The translations under genes were made by a program, and so were the position numbers. A stretch of 64,000 bases of DNA. It comes from Minisyncoccota bacterium. Lineage in GTDB: Bacteria; Patescibacteriota; Minisyncoccia; UBA6257; 2-01-FULL-56-20. Under the pieces are notes generated by a model. It made no database searches. It saw only the letters and a program-made list of their open reading frames with translations, and was not told where the DNA came from. The stretch is taken from the NCBI GenBank assembly GCA_035541435.1, contig DATKNL010000012.1:70498-134497 (forward strand). Direction: 5' to 3'. Below, piece by piece: positions 29,543 through 39,859 of the stretch (position 1 is its first letter; the number at the start of each line of letters is the position of its first letter).

Positions 29543-30451
29543 CTAGTTCCTCAGGTAGCGCCGGACGGCGAAGAAGCTCGACAGGGCGCCGACCACGACG
29601 CCGAAGAGGAGCTCATAGAGGAGCAGCTGCGGCAGGTGCATCGAGAAATAGCCGAACAGGTTGAGTCCCGGAATGAACGAATCGAGATAGGGATTCACCA
29701 GATAGACGGCAGGCGCCGCGATGATCAGGCTCGCGACCGCCGCGATGGCGCCGCAGATCATGCCCTCGATGACATAGGGCCCGCGCACCATGCTGTTCGA
29801 GGCGCCCACGACGCGCATGATGCCGATCTCGTCCCGGTTCGAATAGATGGCGAGCCGGATCGTGTTGAAGATGACGAGCCCCGCGACGATCACGAGCAGC
29901 AGCGTCACGACGAACCCGCCGGTCTCGACGTTGCGCACGATCGTGGCCAGGCGGTCGATGACCTGCTGGTTCTCGGTGTAGCTCACGTTGTCGATATAGG
30001 GCTTGAGGTTCGGCGAGTCGAGATAGTCGGCGATCGCGCCGTACTGGCTCGGATCCTTCGCCTTGACGTCGAGCGACGCCTCAAGCGGGTTCGTGTCGAG
30101 CTCGCTGATCGCCTGCGAGATCGACGGGTCGTTCGCATGGTTCGCCTGGAAATCCGCCATCGCCTGGTCGCGCGACACATAATTCACGCTCGCGACCTGC
30201 GACAGGCTCTCGAGCGACTGCTGGATGCTGAGGATCTGGTCCTCGGAGGTGTTGGTATTGAAATAGACGCTGATGTCGATCTTGTCCTGGATGGACGCCG
30301 ACGCGGCCTTCGTCACGACGCCGAACATGATGAGCGCGGCGAAGACCGTGAGCGCGACCGTCATGATGGCGACCGTCGCCGTCGAGAGCCAGCCGTTCCG
30401 CCAGAAGTTCTTGAACCCGTAATGGAAGATACGCGAGATGACCGTGACCAT
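29543..30451 (-). CDS. ftsX: Cell division permease FtsX
   Basis: 302 aa; FtsX topology, stop/start coupled to ftsE (TAACATG). Confidence 0.85.
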   Translation of the reverse strand: MVTVISRIFHYGFKNFWRNGWLSTATVAIMTVALTVFAALIMFGVVTKAASASIQDKIDISVYFNTNTSEDQILSIQQSLESLSQVASVNYVSRDQAMADFQANHANDPSISQAISELDTNPLEASLDVKAKDPSQYGAIADYLDSPNLKPYIDNVSYTENQQVIDRLATIVRNVETGGFVVTLLLVIVAGLVIFNTIRLAIYSNRDEIGIMRVVGASNSMVRGPYVIEGMICGAIAAVASLIIAAPAVYLVNPYLDSFIPGLNLFGYFSMHLPQLLLYELLFGVVVGALSSFFAVRRYLRN

Positions 30452-30452
30452 G

Positions 30453-31136
30453 TTAGACGAGGATGTATTTGCCTTTCTTTTCGTCGCGGACGATGCGGCC
30501 CTTGTCGAGCGTGATCACGCGGCGCTCGAGCGAGTTGATCACCTCGCGGTCGTGCGTCGCGAGGAGCACCGTCGTGCCGAGCTGGTTGATCTTCTCGAGG
30601 AGCTTCATGATCTCGAACGTGTGGAACGGGTCGAGGTTGCCGGTCGGCTCGTCGGCGATGATGACCTCGGGCCGGTGGATCATCGCGCGCGCGATCGCGA
30701 CGCGCTGCTGCTCGCCGCCCGACAGCTCGTTCGGGAAGTTCTTCGTCTTGTCGCCGAGGCCCACCATGTCGAGCACCTGCGGCACGAGCTCGGCGATCTC
30801 GCGCTGGGGCCGCCCGGCCACCTCGAGCGCGAACGCCACGTTCTCATAGGCGTTCTTCGTCGGGAGGAGCCGGAAATCCTGAAAAACTACGCCGATATGG
30901 CGCCTGAAGGCCGGCAGGTCGTTGTCCCGAAGCTTGTTCACCTCGTATTGCCCGAAAAAAACGCGCCCCTTCGAGGGCCGTTCCTCGCCGATGAGGAGCT
31001 TGATGATCGTGGACTTGCCCGCGCCGGACCGTCCCGCGAGCGAGACGAACTCGCCGGGATCTATTTCGAAATCGACTTCCTCGAGCGCGGCGCCGTGGCC
31101 CGCATATTTTTTCGATACGCCCTGAAAGACAATCAT
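30453..31136 (-). CDS. ftsE: Cell division ATP-binding protein FtsE
   Basis: 227 aa; Walker A GRSGAGKST, LSGGEQQRVAIARA, IIADEPTGNLD. Confidence 0.9.
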   Translation of the reverse strand: MIVFQGVSKKYAGHGAALEEVDFEIDPGEFVSLAGRSGAGKSTIIKLLIGEERPSKGRVFFGQYEVNKLRDNDLPAFRRHIGVVFQDFRLLPTKNAYENVAFALEVAGRPQREIAELVPQVLDMVGLGDKTKNFPNELSGGEQQRVAIARAMIHRPEVIIADEPTGNLDPFHTFEIMKLLEKINQLGTTVLLATHDREVINSLERRVITLDKGRIVRDEKKGKYILV

Positions 31137-31162
31137 GCGCGTTTTCTTATTATATCATATCG

Positions 31163-32195
31163 CTACCGTTCGAGCATCGCTTCGATGAAGCGATCGATAT
31201 CCCCCGCAAGCACTTCGTCGACGCGCGACGTCTCGACGTCGGTGCGGTGATCCTTCACGAGCTGGTACGGGTTGAGCACGTACGAGCGAATCTGGTTCCC
31301 CCACTCCGGCTTCACCTTCGTGCGCAGTGCGCCGACCTCCTCGACCTTCTCCTTTTCCATCAGCTGGAACAGTTTCGCCTTGAGCAGACGCATCGCGTTC
31401 TCGCGGTTCTGCTGCTGGCTCCGCTCGACGCGCGAACTCACCGCGATGCCAGTCGGCAGGTGCACGATCCGCACGGCGGTCTCCACCTTGTTCACGTTCT
31501 GGCCGCCCGGACCGCCGGCGCGGGAGAGCTCGAGTTTGAGATCCGATTCGGGGATGACGAGCTTCGACTCCTCGAGCGGCGGCAGGTCGGGAACGACCTC
31601 GACGAGCGCGAACGACGTATGGCGCAGCTTTTTCGGGGAGAACGGCGAGATGCGGACCAGGCGGTGCACGCCCGATTCGTGCTTCAGATAGCCGAAAGCG
31701 TGGTCGCCCTTGATCTCGATCGTGCGCGAGCGGATGTTGTCGTCGATCACGCGGATCTTCCAGCCCCGGGCCTTGGCATAGCCTTCGTACATGACACCGA
31801 GCATCCGCGCCCAGTCCTCGGCGTCCTCGCCGCCCGCTCCCGGAAAGACCGACAGCACCGCCGCCTGGGCGTCATAGCGCCCGGTGAACAGCTCGTCGCG
31901 CTCGAATTCGCGGAACATCCGCTTGATCTCGTGGAAGCGGTCCTCGAAGCCGGGGTCGTTCGCCTCAAGTTCGAGAATGCCGTCCTCGATCGCCTTGAAC
32001 TTCGCGATCTTGTCGTTCAGCACGCCCAGCTCGCGGATCTTCGCGTCGGCCGCCTCGCGATTCTTCCAGAATTCCGGCGACGACATTTCCGCCGTCAGTT
32101 CTCCGGCGCGGCGCTCCTTCGCCGGAATGTCAAAGACGCCCGCCGAGCCGGCGGGCTTCGTCCTTCAGCTGCTCAAGCGATTCGATGGTCTTCAT
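31163..32195 (-). CDS. prfB: Peptide chain release factor 2, with programmed +1 ribosomal frameshift (CTT TGA C at ~32135..32129)
   Basis: Track ORF 31163..32086 carries SPF and GGQ motifs; upstream frame-0 ATG at 32195 encodes [21 protein letters not shown] then in-frame TGA; shifting +1 at CUU-UGA-C joins the main frame; SD-like GGCGGG 3 nt upstream of CUU. Confidence 0.85.
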
Positions 32196-32208
32196 GGTTT
32201 TCGATCAA

Positions 32209-32514
32209 TCAATAGGAAACCGGCTTTTCTTTGTCGAGACGCTCGTCGGCCGACATGTTCCGGTGATGCTTCTCCATGCGGAACCGAAGCTCGGCCAGAT
32301 CCCACTCGATATCGTCGGCGTCCTTGCCTTTGACGACATGGCCTTCGGCGACGGCGGCTTTCGCCATCCGGTCGATCACCGCGAGCTCTTCCGCCGTATA
32401 ACCCGCCCTGCGCTGCTCCCGCTTTTCGCGTTCGCGCGCCTTGCGCGCTTCCATCGCCTTGCGCAACGCCTCGACGTCACCGCCTCGTTCGGGCAACGGC
32501 ATCCGTTCGTTCAT
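32209..32514 (-). CDS. Hypothetical highly charged protein (~101 aa)
   Basis: Track ORF trimmed to ATG (MNERMPLPERGG...) so it does not overlap tRNA-Thr. Confidence 0.4.
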   Translation of the reverse strand: MNERMPLPERGGDVEALRKAMEARKAREREKREQRRAGYTAEELAVIDRMAKAAVAEGHVVKGKDADDIEWDLAELRFRMEKHHRNMSADERLDKEKPVSY

Positions 32515-32536
32515 GGTTTCAGTATAGCACCTATAT

Positions 32537-32609
32537 GAGCCGATGAGAGGAGTTGAACCTCCAACCTCTCCCTTACGAAGGGATTGCTCTGCCATTGAGC
32601 TACATCGGC
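32537..32609 (-). tRNA. tRNA-Thr (anticodon CGT)
   Basis: Reverse complement folds: acceptor GCCGATG/CATCGGC, D-arm GCTC-AATGGCA-GAGC, anticodon loop TTCGTAA, T-loop TTCAACT. Confidence 0.7.
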
Positions 32610-32612
32610 ATG

Positions 32613-32683
32613 TGGACCTAGCGAGAATCGAACTCGCGTCTTTTCGATGCCATCGAAATATTCTACCATTGAACTATAGGCCC
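32613..32683 (-). tRNA. tRNA-Ala (anticodon GGC)
   Basis: Reverse complement: acceptor GGGCCTA/TAGGTCC with G3:U70 Ala identity pair, anticodon stem TTTCG/CGAAA loop ATGGCAT, T-arm GCGAG-TTCGATT-CTCGC. Confidence 0.7.
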
Positions 32684-33360
32684 TGGCCGAACAAATTCCT
32701 GATTACCTCCAGCTCATTATATATTTCCGTCGAGAAATAATCTACCTTGAAAACGCCCTTATAGTCAATTTTCCGTGTCGGTTTTCCGATCGTGCGCGGA
32801 TCGATCCTGCTTTTATAGAGTTGCCGCGGCGGTATGCTTGAAACCGCAGACCAATACCGTTCCAGCGCTGCAATATCCTGATCGGCACGGCACTGCACGG
32901 TTCCCCTGAACTTTGCCTCATCGAGACGATAACATTTTCTCAAAAGCAATAGGTAGGTTCTTATCAAGGCGGGGTCTGAGTTGCCAAGCGTGAGATTCCG
33001 ACAGCTCTTGCCGCCCTCGCACCAGTAGATCATGGCGAGGGATATCTTGGCTACGTCATCATTTTTCGCCACGTCGATCAAATAGCTGGATCGCGAACGA
33101 ATTTCGTCATCCCGAAGAATGCCAATTTTTCGACGTGAAATAACCGATTTCGCACGTGCAATCAGCAATTTCTTTTTTAAACGTTCTGCCAATTTCCCTC
33201 GTTCCTCATCTGACAATTCAAGTTCCGAAAGCCAATCGGACAACGTGCCCCGGGGGATTGCCACCCCGAGCACCGCTCTGATGTCGGCATAAGAGTTACC
33301 TTCGCGGCGAAGCGCGATGGCGCGTTCCTTGTATTCGCTGAATCGTTGCCGTAATTTCAT
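32674..33360 (-). CDS. Hypothetical HTH-domain protein, lower GC (~50%); N-terminal resolvase/transposase-type HTH (ALRREGNSYADIRAVLGVAIPRGTLSDWL)
   Basis: 228 aa track ORF; stop codon overlaps 5' end of tRNA-Ala by ~10 nt; composition atypical for the window. Confidence 0.5.
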   Translation of the reverse strand: MKLRQRFSEYKERAIALRREGNSYADIRAVLGVAIPRGTLSDWLSELELSDEERGKLAERLKKKLLIARAKSVISRRKIGILRDDEIRSRSSYLIDVAKNDDVAKISLAMIYWCEGGKSCRNLTLGNSDPALIRTYLLLLRKCYRLDEAKFRGTVQCRADQDIAALERYWSAVSSIPPRQLYKSRIDPRTIGKPTRKIDYKGVFKVDYFSTEIYNELEVIRNLFGQGL

Positions 33361-33434
33361 CTTTCAATCATCATTCTAACCCGCCTCCCATGCAACATTT
33401 CTTTTAGAAATTTTTAATGATTAGAAAGAGCGGG

Positions 33435-33463
33435 TTGCCCCTTCGGCGGCGATCCTCTATAGT
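33435..33463 (+). promoter_or_regulatory. Candidate promoter TTGCCC-N17-TATAGT for tRNA-Arg(CCT)
   Basis: Read directly; -10 ends 11 nt before tRNA 5' end. Confidence 0.3.
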
Positions 33464-33474
33464 GAACCCGTATC

Positions 33475-33546
33475 GCCCTCGTAGTTCAACGGATAGAACT
33501 ATTCCGTCCTAAGGAAGAGATGGGGGTTCAATTCCCTCCGAGGGCA
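33475..33546 (+). tRNA. tRNA-Arg (anticodon CCT)
   Basis: Acceptor GCCCTCG/CGAGGGC perfect, D-arm GTTC-AACGGATA-GAAC, anticodon loop GTCCTAA, T-loop TTCAATT. Confidence 0.75.
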
Positions 33547-33656
33547 CAGTCTGGGAAGTCCTTTCGGGAACCGCGTCGCGGCCTGCTGGCCGCGCGCTTT
33601 CTCTCGCCGCCTCCGCGGCTCCGAGGCATTCCCGAAAGGACTTCCCAGCCTGTGCC
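33543..33656. repeat. Large imperfect palindrome: 28-bp arms GGCACAG(t/g)CTGGGAAGTCCTTTCGGGAA separated by 58-nt GC-rich spacer with nested hairpins; left arm begins in the tRNA-Arg 3' end
   Basis: Arms compared base by base, 27/28 complementary. Confidence 0.6.
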
Positions 33657-33788
33657 TTGTGCGATGTAATCGAACGGGAATCTTGACGTATCCCCATCTT
33701 CATCCTAGGGTGAAGATGCTTTTCCGCGAATACCGGGAAGCCCTGCGGAATCCCGCAGGAACGTTCGTTTACAAGAAAGGTGAATCAC

Positions 33789-34298
33789 ATGTCTGCGAAT
33801 ACCAGACCGGCGAAAGATACCACAAAGAAAGTCGAACTCTGCCTGCTTTTCACCAATGCCGTTGGGCTCATCGAGAAGGGCGCCCGTTCGACGATCATGA
33901 TCGACGAACTTCTCAGCGCGCTTCAGCTGTTTAAGCAGGGTAAGCTGGGAACCGTACTCCCCATGGCTTCGGAATACTCGCTGCGGGGCGTATTGGAACG
34001 GCGCTTAGCCACCCGTCAGAAGATGAGAATGATCGGAACGGAAGCCATCTACGAAGAGATACTCGACCGGCTACCTAAGCGTATCCAGAGAGGCCTCGCC
34101 TATGCCGGTATCCGAACTCTCCAACAACTCCTTGAGAACGATCCGTTCAATTTCCAAAAGATAAAGGGCCTCGGAGAAAGGTCGGTCGACACGATCGAAG
34201 AAACGTTGAGAGGGTATGGAATTGGACTCCGCATGGATGCCGACGCGCTCCGCCAGCTTTTCTCTGGCATCGGATCGGGACCGCTCGCCGCTTCGTAA
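33789..34298 (+). CDS. Hypothetical HhH protein resembling RNA polymerase alpha C-terminal domain, lower GC (~53%)
   Basis: LPKRIQRGLAYAGIRTLQQLLENDPFNFQKIKGLGERSVDTIEETLRGYG matches the alphaCTD HhH pattern. Confidence 0.5.
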   Translation: MSANTRPAKDTTKKVELCLLFTNAVGLIEKGARSTIMIDELLSALQLFKQGKLGTVLPMASEYSLRGVLERRLATRQKMRMIGTEAIYEEILDRLPKRIQRGLAYAGIRTLQQLLENDPFNFQKIKGLGERSVDTIEETLRGYGIGLRMDADALRQLFSGIGSGPLAAS

Positions 34299-34319
34299 TC
34301 ACCTTTCACGTTCGGATTC

Positions 34320-34350
34320 GGCCGTTCTTCGGAACGGCCATTTTGTTTAT
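34320..34350 (+). terminator. Rho-independent terminator GGCCGTTC-TTCG-GAACGGCC + ATTTTGTTTAT
   Basis: Read directly, downstream of alphaCTD-like gene. Confidence 0.55.
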
Positions 34351-34469
34351 GACGATTCGCCCGAAGAAATCCATTCGAGGGCTCTCGGAGCTCGCGAAGG
34401 CGAGCGAGAGCTGAGCAGTTTTGCGCAACAGCGCAAAACTGCGTACCTCGAAAAGAAAGAGGGAGGGGG

Positions 34470-35570
<1,101 letters not shown>

Positions 35571-35623
35571 GGTTTTGTTTTACAGAGTATTACGCAGTAT
35601 AGCAAGGATTTATTAAATCCAGA

Positions 35624-36709
35624 TTAATACCCGATGATCTCCTTGGTCTGGGTGACCTCGGTAATCTTCATAAAACCGGTCGCGAGGAGGATCTCATAGA
35701 AGATGAGCGAGACGAACTGCGCGACCCAGACGAAGACGATGCCGAGCGTGCGAAGCGCGAAGAACAGCACTACGCCCCAGCCGATCGCGAACCAGGTCGG
35801 GCCTTCCGCCTGCCATGCCTGAAGCATGCCGACGAAGAAGTTATAGAAGGCGTCGCTCGTCGGGGCGGTCGGGGGTACCGGCGCGGACGAGGGCGTCGAG
35901 GTCGAGATGGTGCCGACCGGAGCCGTCGCGCCCGAGCTTGTGGCCGCGGTCGACGACGGCGAGACGCCGAAGCTGTGCTCGATCTGCGTCGTCGCGGCCG
36001 TGAGGGTGTTCGTCTGCTCCTGAGAGGACATCGCCTGGAAGTTCGGGTTGTTCTGCAGCTCCATCTTCGCCAGGCTTGTCGCGAACGACTGGAAGTCGCC
36101 GTTCAGCGAGATGTTCGGATAGAAGCCGCTCACGAACCCCGTCGACCAGTCGAAGAACTTCCGGAAGCTCCCCTGCGAGATGAGCACGGTGCTCGGGCCG
36201 ATGTTCGGCACGTAGACGAGGATCATGAAGAGCAGGGCGGCGGTGGCGAACTTGCCGAGCACGCTGCCCGTCGTCCTGAAGAACTGGATCTCGATGCTGT
36301 TCGCGATGTCGGACCGGCCGGCGAGATAGCCCCACGCGAGGATCGCGAAAACGACGACTCCCGTCACGAGCACGATCTCGAGTGCGGCATGGGTGAAGAA
36401 CGCCATTGCTGCGACCGATTCGAGGATGAGGACGAGCAGCCGCCGCGAGACGCTCTTCATGAGGAACGTCTCGACGACCTCGAGGACCGCCCAGAGGAGG
36501 AGGGCCGCGATAAGCCAGGCGATGGAGAGCCCCGTGGTCAGGTAGCGGAAGAAGGCATAGCCGAAGACCCCCGCTGACGCGACCGCAACGATGTCGACGA
36601 TAATCGACTTATAGAAACCGGGGGCCGAAAGGACGCTATTGAACTTCGCCTGGTCGATCAGGTTCTGGCTGCGGGCCTCCCCCGCCATCACCTGTTTGAG
36701 GTCCACCAT
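35624..36709 (-). CDS. Polytopic integral membrane protein of unknown function with Ser/Thr/Pro-rich extracytoplasmic segment, inserted between dnaK and dnaJ
   Basis: 361 aa track ORF; multiple hydrophobic helices; true start uncertain because annotated start overlaps dnaK 3' end by ~70 nt. Confidence 0.5.
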   Translation of the reverse strand: MVDLKQVMAGEARSQNLIDQAKFNSVLSAPGFYKSIIVDIVAVASAGVFGYAFFRYLTTGLSIAWLIAALLLWAVLEVVETFLMKSVSRRLLVLILESVAAMAFFTHAALEIVLVTGVVVFAILAWGYLAGRSDIANSIEIQFFRTTGSVLGKFATAALLFMILVYVPNIGPSTVLISQGSFRKFFDWSTGFVSGFYPNISLNGDFQSFATSLAKMELQNNPNFQAMSSQEQTNTLTAATTQIEHSFGVSPSSTAATSSGATAPVGTISTSTPSSAPVPPTAPTSDAFYNFFVGMLQAWQAEGPTWFAIGWGVVLFFALRTLGIVFVWVAQFVSLIFYEILLATGFMKITEVTQTKEIIGY

Positions 36710-38528
36710 TGTTCTTATTATAGAACGCCTGGCCGATTTTTTGAATCTCGGCGCTGAGCGCCTCGGTCGCCGCCTTGATGGCGGCCCCGTCCTCGCCCGC
36801 CTGGGCCTTCTTCAGGGCCTCGATCTTCTCGGTGATGGCGGCCTTGATGTCGGCCGGCACCTTGTCCCCGGCGTCGCGAAGCGACTTCTCGGCGAGATAG
36901 GTCATCGATTCCGCCTGGTTGCGGATCTCGACGAGCTCCTTCTTCCTGGCGTCCTCGGTCGCGTGTTCGGCGGCCTCCTTCTTCAGGCGCTCGATTTCGT
37001 CCTTGGACAGGTTGGTCGACGCCTCGATCTTGACCGACTGCGTCTTGCCGCTCGCCTTGTCCTTCGCCGAGACGTTGAGGATGCCGTTCGCGTCGATGTC
37101 GAACGTCACCTCGACCTGCGGCACGCCGCGCGGCGACGGCGGGATGCCGTCAAGGATGAACTTCGCAAGCGTCTTGTTGTCGGCCGCCATCGGGCGCTCG
37201 CCCTGCAGCACGTGCACCTCGACGGACGTCTGGTTGTCGGCCGCCGTCGAGAACGTCTGCGTCTTCGCCGTCGGCACGGTCGTGTTCTTCTGGATCATGG
37301 GCGTCGCCACGCTGCCGAACGTCTCGATCGCGAGCGTGAGCGGCGTGACATCGAGTAGTAGGATGTCCTTCACGTCGCCCTGCAGGATGCCGGCCTGCAC
37401 CGCGGCGCCGACCGCGACGACCTCGTCGGGATTGATACCCTGGTGCGGGTCCTTGCCGAAAAGCTTCTTCACCGCCTCCTGGATCGCCGGCATGCGCGTC
37501 TGGCCGCCGACAAGGATCACCTCGTTGATCTCCGCGAGCTGGAATCCGGCGCCCTTCGGGGCCGCGGCCGTCACCGTCTCGCGGGTGAGGTTCACCGAAT
37601 GGTCGACGAAGTCCTGCACGAGCGCCTCGAGCTTGGCGCGCGAGAGCTTCATCACGAAGTGCTTCGGGCCGTTCGCGTCGGACGAGATGTAGGGAAGGTT
37701 GATCTCGGTCTCGTTCGCGGTCGAGAGCTCGTGTTTCGCCTTCTCGGCGGCCTCTTTCAGGCGCTGCAGCGCGAGCGGGTCCTTCGAGATGTCGATCCCC
37801 TCCTGCTTGCGGTATTCGTCGACGAGGTATTCCTGGATCTTCTTGTCGAAGTCGTCGCCGCCGAGATGCGTGTCGCCGCCCGTCGCCTTGACCTCGACCG
37901 TGTCCTCGCTCACCTCGAGCACCGAGATGTCGAACGTGCCGCCGCCGAAGTCATAGACGACGATCTTCTCGTTCTTGTGCTTGTTGAGGCCATAGGCGAG
38001 CGCGGCCGCCGTCGGCTCGTTCACGATGCGGCGCACCTTGAGTCCGGCGATCTCGCCGGCGTTCTTCGTGGCCTGCCGCTGCGAGTCGTCGAAATAGGCG
38101 GGAACGGTGATCACCGCCTCCTCCACCTTCTCGCCGAGCTTCGCCTCAGCGTCCGCCTTGAGCTTCGCAAGTACCATCGACGAGACTTCCTCCGGCGAAT
38201 ACCACTTGTCGCCGAGCTTCACCTGCACGCTCCCATTCGGGCCCTCCTGCAATTCATAGGGAAGCCAGGCCCGGTCGCGCTGCACTTCGGGATCGCTCCA
38301 CGTGCGCCCGATGAGCCGCTTCACCGAGAAGATGGTGTTCTTCGGGTTCGTGACCGACTGCCGCTTCGCAAGAAGCCCGACGAGCCGCTCGCCCGACTTC
38401 GAGATCGCGACGATCGAGGGCGTCGTGCGGTTGCCCTCGGCGTTCTCGAGGATGCGCGGCTCGCCGCCCTCCATGACGGCGACGGCCGAGTTCGTGGTCC
38501 CCAGGTCGATTCCAATGATTTTTGGCAT
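36636..38528 (-). CDS. dnaK: Molecular chaperone DnaK (Hsp70)
   Basis: 630 aa; [18 protein letters not shown], highly conserved. Confidence 0.95.
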   Translation of the reverse strand: MPKIIGIDLGTTNSAVAVMEGGEPRILENAEGNRTTPSIVAISKSGERLVGLLAKRQSVTNPKNTIFSVKRLIGRTWSDPEVQRDRAWLPYELQEGPNGSVQVKLGDKWYSPEEVSSMVLAKLKADAEAKLGEKVEEAVITVPAYFDDSQRQATKNAGEIAGLKVRRIVNEPTAAALAYGLNKHKNEKIVVYDFGGGTFDISVLEVSEDTVEVKATGGDTHLGGDDFDKKIQEYLVDEYRKQEGIDISKDPLALQRLKEAAEKAKHELSTANETEINLPYISSDANGPKHFVMKLSRAKLEALVQDFVDHSVNLTRETVTAAAPKGAGFQLAEINEVILVGGQTRMPAIQEAVKKLFGKDPHQGINPDEVVAVGAAVQAGILQGDVKDILLLDVTPLTLAIETFGSVATPMIQKNTTVPTAKTQTFSTAADNQTSVEVHVLQGERPMAADNKTLAKFILDGIPPSPRGVPQVEVTFDIDANGILNVSAKDKASGKTQSVKIEASTNLSKDEIERLKKEAAEHATEDARKKELVEIRNQAESMTYLAEKSLRDAGDKVPADIKAAITEKIEALKKAQAGEDGAAIKAATEALSAEIQKIGQAFYNKNNGGPQTGDGGGGPQPEPDRPGEVQ

Positions 38529-38560
38529 GTCAATTATTATTTAATAAAGTTTTAACGACA

Positions 38561-39100
38561 TTATTTCTCTTTGCTCAGGATCACGCGGGCCGGCCGCAGG
38601 ACCTTGTCGTGGAGCCGGTAGCCGGGCTCGATCATCTCGACCACCGTGCCGGGCGGCTTGTCGGATTCGACCGCCGAGAGCGCCTCGGCGACGGCGGGGT
38701 CGAACGGATCCCCTTCCTTGAGATCGATCTTCTGCAGTCCGCGTTTCTTCAGAATGTCCTCAATCTGCGTGCGGATCAGATAGACGCCCTTCTCGACGGG
38801 GCCGTTCTTCTCGAGGGCGCGCAGGCCGAGATCGAAGTTGTCGAGCACCGAGACGAGGTCCCTGATGAGGTCTTGGCTGCCGTACTGCGCGACCTCTTCG
38901 AGATGCCGCATCTCCTCTTTGCGATAGTTGATGAAGTCGGCTTTCGCGCGCTGCCATCCGGCAAGGTACTCGTCGCGCTGCTTCTCGGCGGCCGCAAGCC
39001 GCTCGTCGAGGCTTCCGCCTGCCGATGCCGACGGTTGCGACGGCGGCTGAGCCGCTCCGTTTCCGTCATGCTTATCCTGCTTGTCGTAATTGTCGTCCAT
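38561..39100 (-). CDS. grpE: Nucleotide exchange factor GrpE
   Basis: C-terminal 179 aa of track ORF 38561..39481 starting MDDNYDKQ...; GrpE motifs LRLRADFDNYRKR-like (ADFINYRKEEMRH) and C-terminal beta domain; N-terminal Arg/Gly-rich extension of the track ORF rejected. Confidence 0.85.
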   Translation of the reverse strand: MDDNYDKQDKHDGNGAAQPPSQPSASAGGSLDERLAAAEKQRDEYLAGWQRAKADFINYRKEEMRHLEEVAQYGSQDLIRDLVSVLDNFDLGLRALEKNGPVEKGVYLIRTQIEDILKKRGLQKIDLKEGDPFDPAVAEALSAVESDKPPGTVVEMIEPGYRLHDKVLRPARVILSKEK

Positions 39101-39105
39101 GGTCG

Positions 39106-39774
39106 TTAAAGGTTTTTGAAAATCCTGATCGTCTTCCTGTAATCCATCCGCTTTGGGCCGATCGCGAAGATCGAGATCGTCATGTCGCCCACCTGATAGT
39201 TGCCGCCGACGACCGACAGGTTCTCGCTCCTCGTCACCGGGCTCTTGCGGCCGATGAACACCTTGGGGCCGTCGGTGCCGATCTTCGGCGCGGCGCGCGG
39301 CACCCGCTCGTCGACTTCCTCGAAGTCGTGGATCACCGAGCGGATCGCGGCGCGGTCCTCCCAGTCGAGCCGGTCGACGAGCGCCTCGAGGCCCGCCTTC
39401 CAGACCGCCTCGCGCGCGCAGTCCGCCGCGACGCTCAGGAGGCCGAGCTCGGCCGAGAGCCGCTCGAGCAGGTCGGGCCACGCCCGCTCCTCGAGGAGCT
39501 CCCGCATCGTGTATTCGCGGGAGGGCGGCTCTTTGGCCATGGCCCGCGTCGCGAAGAACTCATAGCCCACGTCGGTCGGGACCCGTCCCGCCGAATGGTG
39601 CGGCTGGGCGAGATACCCTTCGCGCTCGAGCTCGTCGAGCTCGAGGCGGATCATGGCCGGCTTGATGCCGAAATCATAGCGGTCATAGAGCGATCCCGAA
39701 CTCACCGGCTCGCCGGCCGTAATGAATTCCTGGATGAGCGCCTCAAGGATGTCAGCCTGCCGTTCGTTCATCAT
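39106..39774 (-). CDS. hrcA: Heat-inducible transcription repressor HrcA (short, ~222 aa), probably leaderless
   Basis: N-terminal wHTH ERQADILEALIQEFITAGEPVSSGSL; TATAAT immediately upstream of the start region; start ambiguous among TTG 39783 / ATG 39774 / ATG 39771. Confidence 0.8.
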   Translation of the reverse strand: MMNERQADILEALIQEFITAGEPVSSGSLYDRYDFGIKPAMIRLELDELEREGYLAQPHHSAGRVPTDVGYEFFATRAMAKEPPSREYTMRELLEERAWPDLLERLSAELGLLSVAADCAREAVWKAGLEALVDRLDWEDRAAIRSVIHDFEEVDERVPRAAPKIGTDGPKVFIGRKSPVTRSENLSVVGGNYQVGDMTISIFAIGPKRMDYRKTIRIFKNL

Positions 39775-39794
39775 CAGGGTCAATTATAGCTCGA

Positions 39795-39821
39795 TTAGCA
39801 GTCAGGTCAAGGGAGTGCCAG
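39795..39821. promoter_or_regulatory. Degenerate CIRCE element TTAGCAgTC-N9-GAGTGCcAg between hrcA (minus) and corA (plus)
   Basis: Matches CIRCE consensus TTAGCACTC-N9-GAGTGCTAA at 8/9 and 7/9 positions with correct 9-nt spacer, directly upstream of hrcA -10. Confidence 0.55.
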
Positions 39822-39859
39822 TGTGCATATCCGTTGCCCCCACATGGTAGAATGATCCT

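Noticed and set aside
32537-32609. Alternative reading of this tRNA as tRNA-Tyr (anticodon GTA)
   Set aside because: That fold needs an irregular anticodon loop register and lacks the long variable arm of bacterial tRNA-Tyr. The 7-nt loop TTCGTAA gives anticodon CGT (Thr) cleanly.
34418-34443. Perfect hairpin CAGTTTTGCGC-AACA-GCGCAAAACTG downstream of dnaJ as a terminator
   Set aside because: No U-tract follows on the minus strand. It may be a regulatory or attenuator hairpin, but the evidence is insufficient.
38561-39481. 306-aa GrpE with Arg/Gly-rich N-terminal extension; similarly 552-aa YchF (44696..46354) and 489-aa MnmA (52080..53549)
   Set aside because: The extensions are low-complexity and would overlap the upstream gene. 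Conserved domains begin at internal ATGs (39100, 45727, 53198), which give canonical protein lengths.
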